From the NCBI GenBank assembly GCA_977017645.1, contig OZ360246.1:13950001-14014000 (forward strand): a DNA stretch of 64,000 bases. Direction: 5' to 3'. The stretch comes from Torpedo marmorata (Eukaryota). Every line of letters begins with the position of its first letter. The first letter of the stretch is position 1. The notes beneath the pieces are model-generated. The model made no database searches, was not told the origin of the DNA, and saw only the letters and a list, made by a program, of their open reading frames with translations. Made by a program: the position numbers and the translations under genes. Shown here piece by piece: positions 1-13,439 of the stretch.

Positions 1-3000
1 ACATGATATCTAATTTTTTCTAAGCTTAAACAAGACATAATATAAGAAAACCATTGAACACACTGTTGGAGGTCTAGAGTCTTTCCATTTGAATAGGATG
101 GCTCTTCTAGCCAACAATGTAGAGAAGGCCACAACCTGTTGAACTGGTACAGAAAAACGCCCTATGTCTGGGTCAATAACCCCAAAAAGAGCAGTTATTG
201 GATTGGGTCGTAGCTCCACCTGGAGTATAGTTGAAAAGATATTAAAAATTTCTTTCCAATAGTTTTCTAAGGATGAACAAGACCAAAACATATGTGTCAA
301 TGTAGCAATATAGTAAGTATTAATATAAACGGGCTAAATAATCCGATTAAAAGGAAGAGAACTTTAGCGCATATTAAAAAGTTAAATGTAGATATAGCTT
401 TTTTACAAGAGACACATTTGACAGATTTGGAACATCAGAAGTTAAAAAGAGAATGGGTTGGTCAAGTTGTTGCTTCTTCATTTAATTCTAAAGCAAGAGG
501 AGTAGCCATACTAGTTAATAAAAAATTACATTTTAAAATAAAATCTGTGGTTATAGATGTGGTAGGCAGATATGTTTTAATACATTGTCAGATATACTCG
601 GAATTTTGGACACTTATGAATATATATGTACCAAATGCGGATGATGAACAATTTATTCAAGTTTCTTTTTTGCATTTGTCAGAAGCTAATGATAATATCT
701 TAATTGGTGGGGATTTTAATTGTTGTTTAGATCCGATAATGAATAAAACATCAAGATCAGTTGCTAAAACTAAAACTGCTAAAAGAGTTCTTACTTTGAT
801 GAAAGACTTAAATTTAATAGATATTTGGAGAAAATTGAATCCTAGAGAAAAAGATTATTCTTTTTACACTTTTAGACATGATTCATATTCTAGGATAGAT
901 TTGTTTTTATTGTCTTCACAAGTTTAAGATAGAATAACACAAGCATCTTATAAAGCGAGAATAATTTCTGATCATTCACCTTTATTAATGTCTTGTATAA
1001 TTCCGGAAAAAGAAAAAAACTATATTTAGCTGGAGATTTAATTCTTCTTTATTAAAAAGAATGGATTTTTGTGATTATATGAGAAGGGAAATTCAGGAAT
1101 TTTTACAAATAAATTCTAATTCGACTGATAATAAATTTATCATTTGGGAAGCTTTAAAGGCTTATTTAAGCGGTCAAATAATAAGTTATTCAACAAAAAT
1201 TAAGAAGGATTATCTTTGAGAGGTGGATAATTTAGAGAGGGAGATTGAATATTTGGAGAAGGATTTGCAAAAAAAGAGATCAGAAGAAAAAAAATGAATA
1301 ATTTAGTTGGAAAAAAATTGCATTATAATTTGTTACAAACATATAAAATGGAAAAATTAATTGAAAGAACTAAACAAAGATATTATGAATTGGGAGAAAG
1401 AGCACATAAAGTGTTGGCATGGCAGTTAAAGAAAGATCAAACTTCTAGAACTATAAATGCTATAAAAAAGATTTCTAACAAAATAACGTATAAACCTCGA
1501 GAAATAAATGATTCTCTTAAAGATTATTATTTGAATCTATATAAATCTCAGATTGATCAAGATGACTCTAAAATTAATAGATTTTTATCTAAAATTAAGT
1601 TACCTAGATTAAATACTCAAAGTAAAGAATCTTTAGACTCGCCTTTCTCAATGAGGAAAGTTAATGAGGTTCTTACTTCTTTAACGAGTGGTAAATCTCC
1701 AGGGGAAGATGGTTTTCCATCAGAATTTTATAAGGAGTTTAAAGATTTATTGATACCTCCATATATGGATGTGTTGAAACAAATTACGGAAACTCATTCG
1801 TTACCGGATACATTTTCAAATGCAAAAATTACAGTTATACCTAAAAAAGATAGAGATGCGTTGAAAACAGAATCATATAGACCTATTTCATTGTTAAATG
1901 TGGATTATAAGATAATGGCAAAAATTTTAGCAAATAGAGTGGCTAATTACCTACCAGATTTAATCCATGTAGATCAAGCTGGTTTTATTAAAAATAGATA
2001 TTCAAAGGATAATATACCTAGATTAATTAGTTTAATTAATGTGCATAAAAAGAAGGAAGATTTACCATTAGTATTAACGTTAGATGCTGAAAAGGCTTTT
2101 GATAGATTAGAGTGGAATTTTTTATTTAAGGTATTGGAAAAATTTGGTTTTGGAAATACATTTATTAACTGGATTAAAACGATATATAAAGAACCATCTG
2201 CTAAAGTAGTTACAAATGGACAAATTTCTTCAAGATTCCCTCTGACTAGGTCAACCAGACAAGGATGTCCTTTGTCACCAGCATTGTTTATTTTAGCGAT
2301 AGAACCTTTGGCAGAATTAATTAGACAAGATGTTAAGATTGTAGGTATTAAAGTTGGAAGGGAAGAGCATAAAATTAGTTTATTTGCAGACGATGTATTG
2401 ATATATATGACAAAAGCTATTACTTCTTTAATACAATTGACTGTTTTATTGAGAGAATACAGGGAAAGCAAGGGGATTATAGTAAATGTAAAGAAATTAC
2501 ACAATTTAAATGGTCAAAAGAAGGAATTAAATATTTGGGAATAAAGATTGATACAAAATTAGTTAATTTGTATAAATTAAATTATTTACCATTGTTTATG
2601 AAAATTAAAAAAGATTTAGAGAGTTGGAAGGATTTACCTTTAACTTTAATGGGAAGGGTAAATTGTATTAAAATGAATGTTTTTCCAAGAATTCAATATC
2701 TCTTTCAATCAATTCCTTATGAAATTCCTCAAAATTATTTTAAAGATTTAAACTTAATTATTAGGAAGTTTTTGTGGAAAGGAAAGTTGGCTAGGGTAGG
2801 TATAGAGAAATTAACTTGTAATTATGAAATGGGTGGTTTACAACTTCCTAATTTTCAAAATTATTATAAAGCAGCTCAATTAAAATTTGTTAATGAACTT
2901 TTTGATTTAACTAAGTCTTCCGCTTGGATTAGAATAGAATTAAATAATATAGGAGAAGATTCCAAAGAAGAAGTTATTTATAAATGGAATTCTAAATTAA

Positions 3001-5110
3001 TATTAACAAGAAGGAAGAATTCTCCTATCTTTAAACATTTGCTAGAAATATGGAACAGAGTGGATAAGGAAATAGGAGGAAAAGGGTTGATTTCTCCAAG
3101 AATGCCTTTATATCAAAATGAATTTATTCCATTTGCTGTTAATAATCAATTATTTAAAATTTGGTTTCAAAAAGGAATTAAGAAAATAAATGATTGTTTT
3201 GAAGCTGGTAAATTTATTACTTTTCAAAGAATGAAGGATAAATTTAATATATTGGATAATACACTTTTTGCTTATTATCAAATTAGAGCATTTGTGGTTG
3301 GGAAATTAGTTTACAGTTTGACTTTACCAAGACAGAGTGAATTAGAATTATTGGTTACTAATGGAGATGTAAATAAATTTATTTCTCAAATGTATAGATT
3401 GTTTCAGAGAAAAATTCCTAAAGTAGGAATTCATAAATCAAGATTAAATGGGAATTAGATTTGAATGTAACAATAGATGAAGATCATTGGAAAGAATTAT
3501 GTAAACTAAGTATGACGAAGATTATTAATGTTAGATATAGATTAGTTCAATATAACTTTTTTCATCAATTATATTTAACACCTAAAAAGTTAAAGAAATT
3601 TAACGTGACATTATCAGGTTTATGTTTTAGATGTAATAGAGAGGAAGGTTCTTTTGTACATTCTACATGGTCTTGTCCAAAAGTTTATGATTTTTGGTTG
3701 AAAGTTAAATTTTTTTTAGATAAAGTATTAAAAATTACATTCCCAATGGACCCTATGATATTTCTGTTTGGAGATATTAAAAGAGTTAGTATTAAGATGA
3801 AATTAAATATGTATCAAATAGAATTTCTGCAAATTGCTTTAGCGTTATCTAAGAAATGTATTGCTATTACTTGGAAATCTGACGTAGATTTAGGGTTAGA
3901 AAGATGGCATGCAGAACTTCGTTCATGTATACCACTTGAAAAAATTACTTATAATTTACGTAATAAATATCATTTCTTTTTGAAAATATGGAGCCCATAC
4001 ATGAAGGTTGTCGGTTTAAGAATTTGAAGATCTCTGGACATCAGATCTGAATGGCGAACCTATCCTCCATAATAAAATTAGTTATAGATGTATTTTTTTA
4101 GATTGACATTCTTCTTATTCTATCTTTTTCTTTCTTTCTCTTTTTTTTTCTTTCTTTTTATTTTAGTACATTAGAAGGGGTGGGAGGGTTATGGAGGGGA
4201 GGGAGGGAGGGTGAAAATGGATCACATGTATTTTGATAATTTTATATTTTACCTTATGTATTTTGTGATTTAAAAATTTTAAATAAAATATTTTTTTTAA
4301 AATGTAGCAATTTCAGATTTGCATCTGTCACAAATAGGGTTAATAGTAGAAAAAATATTAGCCAATTTATCTTTGGACATGTGAACACGATGCACCACTT
4401 TGAATTGGATTCATGAATGTCGGGCACATACAGAAGATGTATTTACCAATTTAAAAATCTTGTCCCATAGATCCTCAGATAAGGGTCTTGCAAGTTCCTG
4501 TTCCCAAGCCTTTTTAATCTTATCATGAAGTACTGGACGTAATTTTAATAATCTATCATATATAATTCCAATTAATCCTTTCTGAAAAGGATTCAATTGA
4601 AAAATATTATCAACTAAATCTGGTGGATATATATATGGAAAATCCCATAATATGATATTTAAGAAATTTCTAATCTGTAAATATCTAGAAAAATTAGTAT
4701 TTGATAAGTCATATTTACTTGCAAGCTGTTCAAAAGACATTAAACCACCTTCCTTAAATAAATTTGCAAAAGAAACAATACCTTTGATTTTCCATATAGA
4801 GGAAAATTGATCAATTATTGATGGTCGAAAAAATAGTTATGAGAGATAGCACTAGATAAGACAAAGTTTTTTAAATTAAAAAATTTCCTAAATTGGAACC
4901 AGATTCGTAATGTATGTTTGAGTATTGGATTAGATATATTCCTATTGATCTTGGAAAAGCTAAATGGAAGAGAGGCACCCAATAAAGAGGCCACTGAATA
5001 CTGCTGTATAGATTTCAATTCTAAATCTGTCCATAATGGACGATCCAATTTATCAGAATAAAAAATCTAAAAAGTTAGATAGCGAATATTAGCAGCCCAA
5101 TAATAAAAGA
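1..5110 (-). mobile_element. Older 5'-truncated L1-clade LINE (C-terminal part of ORF2), split into 1-309 and 4301-5110 by a nested L1
   Basis: Minus-strand ORF fragments 4815-5048, 4411-4740 and 10-300 are L1 ORF2-like. Removing the insert restores CDRCKSEIATLTHMFWSC, the CCHC knuckle. Confidence 0.85.
310..4300 (+). mobile_element. AT-rich L1-clade LINE, nearly complete ORF2 (APE endonuclease, RT, CCHC knuckle) plus 3'UTR; pseudogenised
   Basis: Motifs SININGLN, LQETH, GGDFN, SRID, YRPISLLN, GCPLSP, FADD and CFRC-x8-H-x4-C. Has stops and frameshifts. G-rich 3'UTR tract, AATAAA at 4282, and TSD AATGTAGCAAT at 299-309 and 4301-4311. Confidence 0.93.
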
Positions 5111-6397
5111 GAAATAAAGTGCTGTAAGACAATATTTGCAAAAAATGTGGAATATCGAATTCTGAGAATGAGTTCACTGCAGACAGAATCCCAAACCTCA
5201 GAAAAGGAGAAATATGATTATCTTAAGAATCAACCGAAACTCCCTTGCTGTTCCAGGTTTAAAAACACACAACAGTAACAACAGTCTCAGAAACTTGCAT
5301 TTATATAATGCCTTTAAAGTGATAAAACCGTCTCTTGCACTTTGTTATGAAGCTTGACATAAGTGGACAATGAGATGTATTGTCCAAAATCTTACTATCA
5401 AGGATTTCTGATTGATTCCACTTCCTCAATTTCAATCTTCCTTTAAATTTCTGCTAAAAAATGTTCTGTCACATCCATGTAACATTTCTATTTCCCACAA
5501 AAGCCATGTTTTCCTACTCTTATGGACTGGAAACACCAATTAGTAGCCAGTTATTTCAACTCTTCTCTTTTGGGCTTTTGCCCATAAAAACTGGACAGAA
5601 TCCACACAAAGATAATTTTAATAGAAACGTTACCAGCTGGCAGGGGGAGAAGAGCAAACTTAGTCATCAGTATGAACTAAATTTAAACACAGGCATGAAA
5701 AACGATCCTTGCTTTTCCACCCAATCCTGCTGGAGAAATATATTCAAATAAATATCTGATCTAAGTAATCTTTCTTCATTCTAAATAATCTTTGCTTTGG
5801 GTGTTATTTGAGAATATCCATCTTGTACAACATTGTGTGACAAGAGGCATTGGTGACAGTAATGTTCAACTGCTCTACAATACACCCTGTGGCACTTTCC
5901 TGGCAATCCTCTTGGCCAATTCACTATTAAACAAATCCTCAGGTTTGTCAATAGTTGAGACTGTTCAGCTGGCTGGCATCCGATGAAGTTTCTTGGATTT
6001 GTTATGTGTGGTGTGTTTTGTAATTCTTCTGTGTCCCTTTTTGACTTCCTGAATCCCAACCCCCTTGCAACCAAGAACACTAGTGGGACTGATTGATCTG
6101 AGCTAATGCCACTAAGAAGGTGTGAGAATATGGTCCCCTGACCTCTTCTATTTTCTTTCTTATTTTCTCACTTTCTGTATTTCCTTCACTACCACCAGCA
6201 GGAACGTTTTAATCGGGCCCCATATTCCACCATTATTGCTTCAACATATTGCATGAAGTCTTGATATTTTTTTCTTTTATGAAGCGTGAATAATCTAATA
6301 CCATTGATGATGGACTCCTGGAGACTCCTTGTTCAAATTCTGAACAACAGTATCAGTTCTCTATAAATTATCAGTGCAATCATTGCAGAGAGAGATT

Positions 6398-8632
6398 TCA
6401 GAATCAGAATTTATTGTCATGAACAAGTCATGAAATTCGGTGTTTTGCGGCAGCATCATAGTGCAAACATTCATATTATAACCATTTTACGACATTACTA
6501 TAAAAAAATATAAATAATAGTGCACAAAAAGTAAGGCAGTGTCTTTGGTTCATTGATTATTCAGGAATCTGATGGCAGTGGGGAAGAAACTGTCCTTGTG
6601 CCGTTGAGTGCTCGTCTTTAGGCTCCTGTACCTTTTTCCCGATGGTAGCAGAGTGAAGAGGGCATGGCCTGGGTGGTGGGGTCTTTGAGGATAGAGGCTG
6701 CTTTTTTAAGACACCACTTCATGTAGATGTCCTCGATGGAGTGAAGTCTGGTGCCTGTGATGTACAGGCCGAGTTAACAACCCTCTGGAGTTTATTCTTG
6801 TCCTGAGAGTTGGCGCCTCCATACCAGGCAGTGATGCAACCAGCCAGAATGCTCTCCACGGTACACCTGTAGAAGTTTACGAGAGTCTTCGGTGACATAT
6901 CGAATCTCCTCAGACACTTCACAAAGTATAGCCGCCGGCGAGCCTTCTTTGTGATTGCATCAACGTGGAGGCTCCAGGACAGATCCTCGGAGATGTTGAC
7001 ACCCAGGAATTTGACGTTCTTGACCCTCTCCACTACTGAACCCTCGATGAGGACTGGGTCGTGTTCCCCTGACTTCCTCCTGAAGTCCACAATCATCTCC
7101 TTGGTTTTGCTGATGTTGAGAGCAAGGTTGTTGTCATTACACCATTCAACGAGCTGATCTACCTCCCTCCTGTATGCTTCCTCATTGCCGTTTGTGATTC
7201 TGCCGACAACTGTGGTGTCATCGGCAAACTTGGAGATGGCATTTGAATTGTGCCTGGCCACACAGTCATGGGTGTATAACGAGTAGAGCAGTGGGCTAAG
7301 CACGCATCCTTGGGGTTCGCCTGTGTTGATAATCAGTGAGGAGGAGACGTTGTTTCCAATTCGTACTGACTGTGGTCTTCCGATGAGAAAGTCAAGGATC
7401 CAGTTGCAGAGGGGGGGTACAGAGGCCTAGAGTTTGTAGCTTCTTGACCAGCACTGAGGGAATAATGGTATTGAAGGCCGAGCTGCAGTCGATGAAGAGC
7501 AGCCTTGTGGTATGAATTTCTGTTTTCGAGGTGATCCAGTGATGAGTGGAGAGCCAGCGATATTGCATCTACTGTGGAGCGATTGTGATGACAGGCGAAT
7601 TGCAGTGGGTCCAGATCTTTGCTTTGGTACGTGTTAATTCTGGCCATGACCAGCCTATCAAAGCATTTCATCACAGTAGAAGTTGGTGCTAGTGGGCGGT
7701 AATCATTGAGGCAGCTCACACTACTCTTCTCCGGGATGATAGATGCCCTTTTGAAGCAGGTGGGAACGTCTGACTGCCGCAATGAGAGGTTGAAAATGTC
7801 CGTGAACACTTCGGCTAGTTGGTTTGCACAGATTTTCAGTACCCTGCCAGGTACGCCGTCAGGGCCTGACGCCTTGCGAGGGTTCACCCTCTTGAATGAT
7901 GTTCTGACGTCGCCCTCAGTGACAGATATCATAGGGTCCTCAGCCTTTTCAGGGATTCTAGTAGGCACTGTTTGGTTCTTCTTCTCAAAGCGGGCATAGA
8001 AGATGTTCAGATCATCGGGTAGTGAAGCATCACAGCCGTCTATAGTGTTCGCCCTTGTTTTGTGGGCTGTAATGGCCTGCACTCCCTGCCATAACTGGCG
8101 TGTATCTGTCTCTGTCTCTAGCTTCCTCCGGAACTGCCACTTTGCTTCAGAGATGGCCTTCCGCAGGTCGTGCTCGGACTTCTTGTAAAGATCCCGATCC
8201 CCAGCCTTAAACGCCCTTGTTCTCGCCCTCAGCAGGTTGCGAATTCTCTGATTCATCCAGGGTTTCTGGTTGGGGAGCACCCGGTATTTGCGCGTGGGCA
8301 CACATTCATCCACGCAGGTCTTGATGAAGTCGGTGACACCTGTTGCATATTCATTCAGGTCTATGGATGAGTTCTTGAATATGTTTCAGTCCACCGATTC
8401 AAAGCAGTCCTGCAGACACTTCTCCGCCTCCCTCGACCATACTTTCGCCATCCTCACCACTGGTGCTGTGGTCTTCAGTCTCTGCTTGTATGCCTGGAGT
8501 AGAAGTACAGCCAGGTGATTAGACTTGCCGATGTGCGGTCGTGGTATAGTTCGGTATGCGTTCTTCATGGTGGTGTAGCAGTGGTCGAGTGTGTTGGTTC
8601 CCCTGGTCTCGCATGTGGTCTTGCATGTGACG
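6398..8632 (-). mobile_element. Rex1/Babar LINE, 5'-truncated and frameshifted
   Basis: NDYRP, LDPLQF and [10 protein letters not shown] motifs; (TTCTGA)n tail; closely similar to the copies at 36862-40911. Confidence 0.9.
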
Positions 8633-8779
8633 CATTTGAATTTGCTTACAGCAACAGGAATAGCTTGTTTGTAAAGTAACAAAGGCAAACAAATGGTAGA
8701 AATTCTCAATCTGCCTTTGTTTCCGAGAGTCCACATTAAAAGCTATTTCCTGAGGGCTTCTAAACAAAGTTTAACTGAG

Positions 8780-8950
8780 ATTAAAACAGAAAATGCTGGA
8801 TATCTACTGTAGACCTGGCAGAAGAACAGAGTCAACATTTCTGATTTCTGCGAAACAGTTAACATTTCAGGCGATGACCCTTCATCCAAAATGTTAATTC
8901 TACTTCTCTTTCCACAGATTCTGCCTGACCTACTAAGTATTCTTCCATTT
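8780..8950. repeat. Degenerate inverted pair of Penelope-terminus-derived repeats
   Basis: aaaacagaaaatgctgga... on one side and ...ccacagattctgcctgacctactaagtatt on the other. Same motif family as 26430-26600 and 61600-61750. Confidence 0.5.
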
Positions 8951-8989
8951 CAAGGTTTTAACTCTGGTTTTTAACATTTGCTCTTCTAT

Positions 8990-9357
8990 AGCCCCTTTCA
9001 CACTGGAACCTTGTCCTAGTAATTGACGGCCGATTTACCGGTTAAGGGTCCAGTGTGAAAGCGAATTAATCGGCATGCCGGCGTCAAATCACGCCGGGGA
9101 TGGACTGCCTCGATCCCTACTCTCATCCCCAGCGTCATCTGACGCCTGCATGCCGATTAGCCCAGTGTGAAAGGGACAATTAGTATTGGGACATTTCCGG
9201 TAGAAGGTAGACTCTCCTATCCCCGGGGATTCCTTGTGGTGAATTTGAAAGGACGCAGTGTCCCGGTTAACAGTGGCTCAGTGTGAACAGCAAAAATGGC
9301 TTTTTTAACCGGGACACTGAACGGCCAATTTACTGGTTAGACAATGTGAAAGAGGCT
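8990..9357. mobile_element. Non-autonomous DNA transposon (MITE), PIF/Harbinger-like
   Basis: TIRs AGCCCCTTTCACAC and TGTGAAAGAGGCT; internal repeats of CAGTGTGAA; internal hairpins. The TSD is imperfect. Confidence 0.6.
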
Positions 9358-11187
9358 TTTGATTTTCTCTGAACTGGGATATGGTTTCACCACATTACCA
9401 TGAGCAAAGTCCTATTCTCAGCCACAATCCTGTATGGGGTACCATCCCAAATTCTGAGAAATAAAGAAGCACATTTCTATAGCACCTTATCTCATTCTCA
9501 GAGCCCAAGGTGCTTTGTCATAGATAAAATAGACTTAGAAGTGTGGTAACTGTTGTTATGTGCAGGAAAATGAAGCAGACATTTAAAATGAAGTAAAGTC
9601 TCACAACCAGAAAATTCACTGTATTGCGAGTAAGGGTTTCTTTTGGTCATGGCTAAAAGAACAACAATCTTCCACCACGGACTCAACACAAGTATAATAT
9701 TTTAAATGAGCAAAAACTCAAACAAATCACAAAATCAACCAAATTAAGTTCAAGTTTCAACTTAGTGCTTACTTTCTTTAATTTCACTAATAGCAAGCTT
9801 TGCATTAAAAAGAAACTGTTTCAGTTCTGTGATTAAGTCTTCCTTTCCAGTGCTCGGGGTTCCTAGTACATTGAAGCAATCCCTCAATAGCGTACAATAT
9901 GATCACAGTGTGAGGATTAAATGCAAAAAAAACCAGCATTAATGTCCAACACTGTAGCTCATTGTTTCCCAATGAATTGGTTTTGAAGATTTCCTCATGA
10001 CTGAGTTGCCAGTGGTTCATTCCTTAAAAGATCACATGAATGGTTTGAGTTCATACCTCCAAGTGATTTCTTTGTGAAGCACCTAATCGTTTTAAATCTA
10101 CTACTTATTTATTAAGACTGCTTGATGTTGAAAGCTGTGAATTTATTTATTTTCAACATTTAGCATGCATGTCCTTCAGAGAGTGGGAGTCTCCACAATC
10201 TGAATCAGAAAGAACAGAATGAATGAGCAATTTCCTTTCTCATTGACAACTAAAGTAATAATCGTCTCAGCATTTTATTACAGTATTATCAAGGTTTCCT
10301 CAGTACAGGAGATGGAAGCAATGACATTAGCGTCAATTTCATTGATTTGTAGCTTGCTAGTCAGAGGTCAGGTATCTGAGGGAAGCTTTGATAAGTTTTT
10401 AAAGATGAAGTAAAACTTATGCATTCTCTCCTTTCAATCAAGTGTTCCTTTCTTCTCTGATGCTGAAGATTTTGACTCCTTGATAAGTTGGAGACCTGGT
10501 GTCACTGATAATCCTTGTTACTTTGTGCAAGTTTCATTATTTATGAGTAGGTATAGATGAGCTATTTGATCAAGGGAGAACAGCAAATCCAAACCATGGC
10601 TGCCGTCCAAGCACAGAAAAGCTCTTCTTATGAGGGTCACGGCGTTTGATCAAATGTGGGAACACCTCTTGACAGAATGCTCCAAGGACAGATGTAGCAC
10701 CTTAAACTGAAAACCAGCTAAAATAACCCAGAATGTCCCCAATCTGGATAACTTGGGCACTCACTGGTTAAATTCACATGCCAAAAGCAAATTTTCTGAT
10801 AGGATCATCAAATCAACCTGACCTGTTCAAAAACATAATTCACACTGAGGTAAGTTTACAATACCCCTGCATGACTTTGAAACACCTTTCGAAATAATCT
10901 CAGACTTCGTAAATACATTTCTGTCCTGAAAACTGAACAAGATTTTCCTTTACATCTGTAGTGCATTTTGCCAGGCAAACCACAGGTCCAGCCTCTTAAT
11001 ACCATCTCCTCATGTTCCACGTGGATCAACCAGGATTTATTTTTAATATTCAAGATCCAAACGGTGCTGAATCAGCCAGCATTTATTGCCCATCCTTAAT
11101 TAGCCCAGAAAGAGTGATAGTGTTTCCTTCTGATTAAGTGGTGATATAATTTCAAATCAGGATAGTGTTGTAATTGGTGGTGGTGTT

Positions 11188-11277
11188 CCTTACAGTAGAC
11201 AAAAATTAAAGAATTTCATGTATGTTACATTCTAAATGTAGTATTACGTGACAATAATGGAACCTTTACCTTTACCT
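11188..11277 (+). mobile_element. 3' fragment of the 5S-derived SINE
   Basis: Near-identical to 36618-36702 and ends in (ACCTTT)n. Confidence 0.85.
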
Positions 11278-11589
11278 AAGTTTTCTTGGTCATTGGCTTA
11301 ACAGATGTGGTAGAGTAGCCTAGGCAAGTAACTGCATTGCATTTTTATCAGATGATGTACAGTTCAGCCACATTGCAATGATGTTGGAAAGAACAGAATT
11401 CGAGGCAGTGGATGGGTGCAAATAAGCAGACTACTTTGTCCTGGATGATGTTAAGTTTCTTGGAACTGAATTCATTCAAGCAAATAAAGAATATTCCATG
11501 ACACACCTGAATTATGCCTTGTTGATGGTGGAAAGACTTAGGTGCATGGAGATGATTCAATCAGTACATGATACCTGTTTTTGTAGTCA

Positions 11590-12060
11590 CAATGTGAGAA
11601 ATATATAAATTGACCAATGAGAGAAGGAGCATTACTGGACCCTGTCTTAGGGAATGTAGCCAGTCAGGTAGAGAGAGCGTTAATTGGGGCAACATTTTGG
11701 AGATTGTGATCATAACTCTGTATATTTCAGTGGTTATGGAAAAAGATAGGGAAAAATAATGAAAAAGGTCTTAAATTTGAAGAAGGCCAATTTCATTAAA
11801 AGAAGACAGGACTTTGCCAACATAGACAGAATGCATCTACTTGCAAGTAAGTCTACATCTGCACAGTAGGAAGCATTCAAGGAGAAATACTGAGAGTTCA
11901 AGGCCAACATGTTCCTGTAGGCGTTGAAAGCCAGGGGTAACAAGGATAGGTAACCCTGGATGTCTAGGAATATCAACAGTGGGTAAAGAGAAAAAAGGAA
12001 GCATATAGCAGGTATGAAGAACTAAAGATGGGGGAGGCCTGTCAAGAGTATGAAAAGGTA
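11590..12060 (+). mobile_element. Degenerate CR1 LINE fragment (endonuclease-proximal region)
   Basis: Decayed ILDLVLGN- and DHN-like coding remnants. Confidence 0.55.
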
Positions 12061-12900
12061 GGGCGCTGCCGGAGCCACTGTAACGACAGCGCTGCTGCTG
12101 GTGCGGACACGCGGGGAGCGAGGAGCGGAGATACAGCGCTCCCGCGGTGTCCAACCGCCCAGTCAACTGCCATCAGCTCCGCACAGGCTTTGAACGGCTC
12201 GTTAAAGGAGCCGACAGTAGTTTTATTTAAAATCCCACGACCACGGGGTCTGCGCCCAAGATGGCAGCGCCTCTGATCGGCAGCAGCCATGAGGGGTTGC
12301 AGACTCCAGGGGAGCGGAGGACTAGCACAGGGCACCAGAAAACGGGGAGACCATGCCCCATCTGAGAAGGAGAAGCAGAGGACACGACCCACGGGACGGT
12401 GACCACGGCGGCGGACCAGTGAGGGGGCTCTGCGGCTGAAAGACCAATGCATGCGGCGGGCTGCTGGCGACTCGAGGCGAGGAACCCGTGGAGGCTGTGG
12501 GCTGCTGGAGACTGCTGTCGGGAGACTTGCGCCGGGCTGCGATACTGCTGGAGACTGGCTCGAACTGGCTGAAGGGGTACCAGGTATCGGAACCGGGATG
12601 TGAGGGGGTGCCAAAGGTGCTGAACGGTTCCTGACCATGTCGGAGGTTCAGATCCAGAGCTCGGGTTGCCAATGGTTTGGGCTGGACTCTGTGTGGCTGC
12701 GTAGGCTGAGGAAGTGCTGGAGGTGAATCTACGGACACTGGGTGACTCTGGGGGGACTCTCTTTTGCTTCTCTTTCTCTACTGTAAGAGGCGCTTCAGGC
12801 AATTACTGCCGATGGCGAATCTATCTGCCTTACAGCAGGCAAAAGCAATTTTGTGTAATATGACACTGTTTTATTGCATGACAATAAATTGAATCTTGAA
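12061..12900 (+). mobile_element. GC-rich non-autonomous retroelement with LINE-like 3' tail (unclassified)
   Basis: A second copy lies inverted at 25581-26364. Contains CAAGATGGCAGCGCC and ends ATGACAATAAATTGAATCTTGAA. Confidence 0.75.
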
Positions 12901-13439
12901 AAAGGAACTTCCCCTGACAAGCTCAATGATATCTCTTATCTATGAGGGCAGATGAGTCCTTGATTAAATCTCTTGAAAATATTGCAGTGAGCATTGTTGA
13001 ATTTATTGATGGAAAGATAAAGAAAGGACACAGTGTATCCTACTGTATTGGATAAACAGATGGCATTGGATTCTGAATTACATGATCTGAATAGACCATG
13101 TCCAATTTGCTTGCTCAGGCTTGGGGATCCAAAACCTAAACTGGGTCCTGCCAAATTAACACATCTTGACTTTTTTCTCATTCTTTTCATTTATGATAAT
13201 GGCTTGCACTATTTAGCATAGTCCTTCACTATTACGATTTACAGCTTTAAGGTCTTGTACAACCTGCAACCACTTATAATTGACCTTGGAGAAATTTTTA
13301 GCGTTACTGTCAAAGTTTCCCATCATTTGTTTGGGTAGTCTATTTCCACATATCTGCTCAAGTGACTGGAGTCAAAGAGTCATGCAGTCATCAAACTTTG
13401 AAATAGGCCTTTCTGCCCACCTATTAACATCAACCACTG

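Noticed and set aside
12028-12802. Overlapping 80-200 aa ORFs here and at 25621-26252
   Set aside because: Low-complexity products of GC-rich repeat sequence; the frames are not preserved between the two copies.
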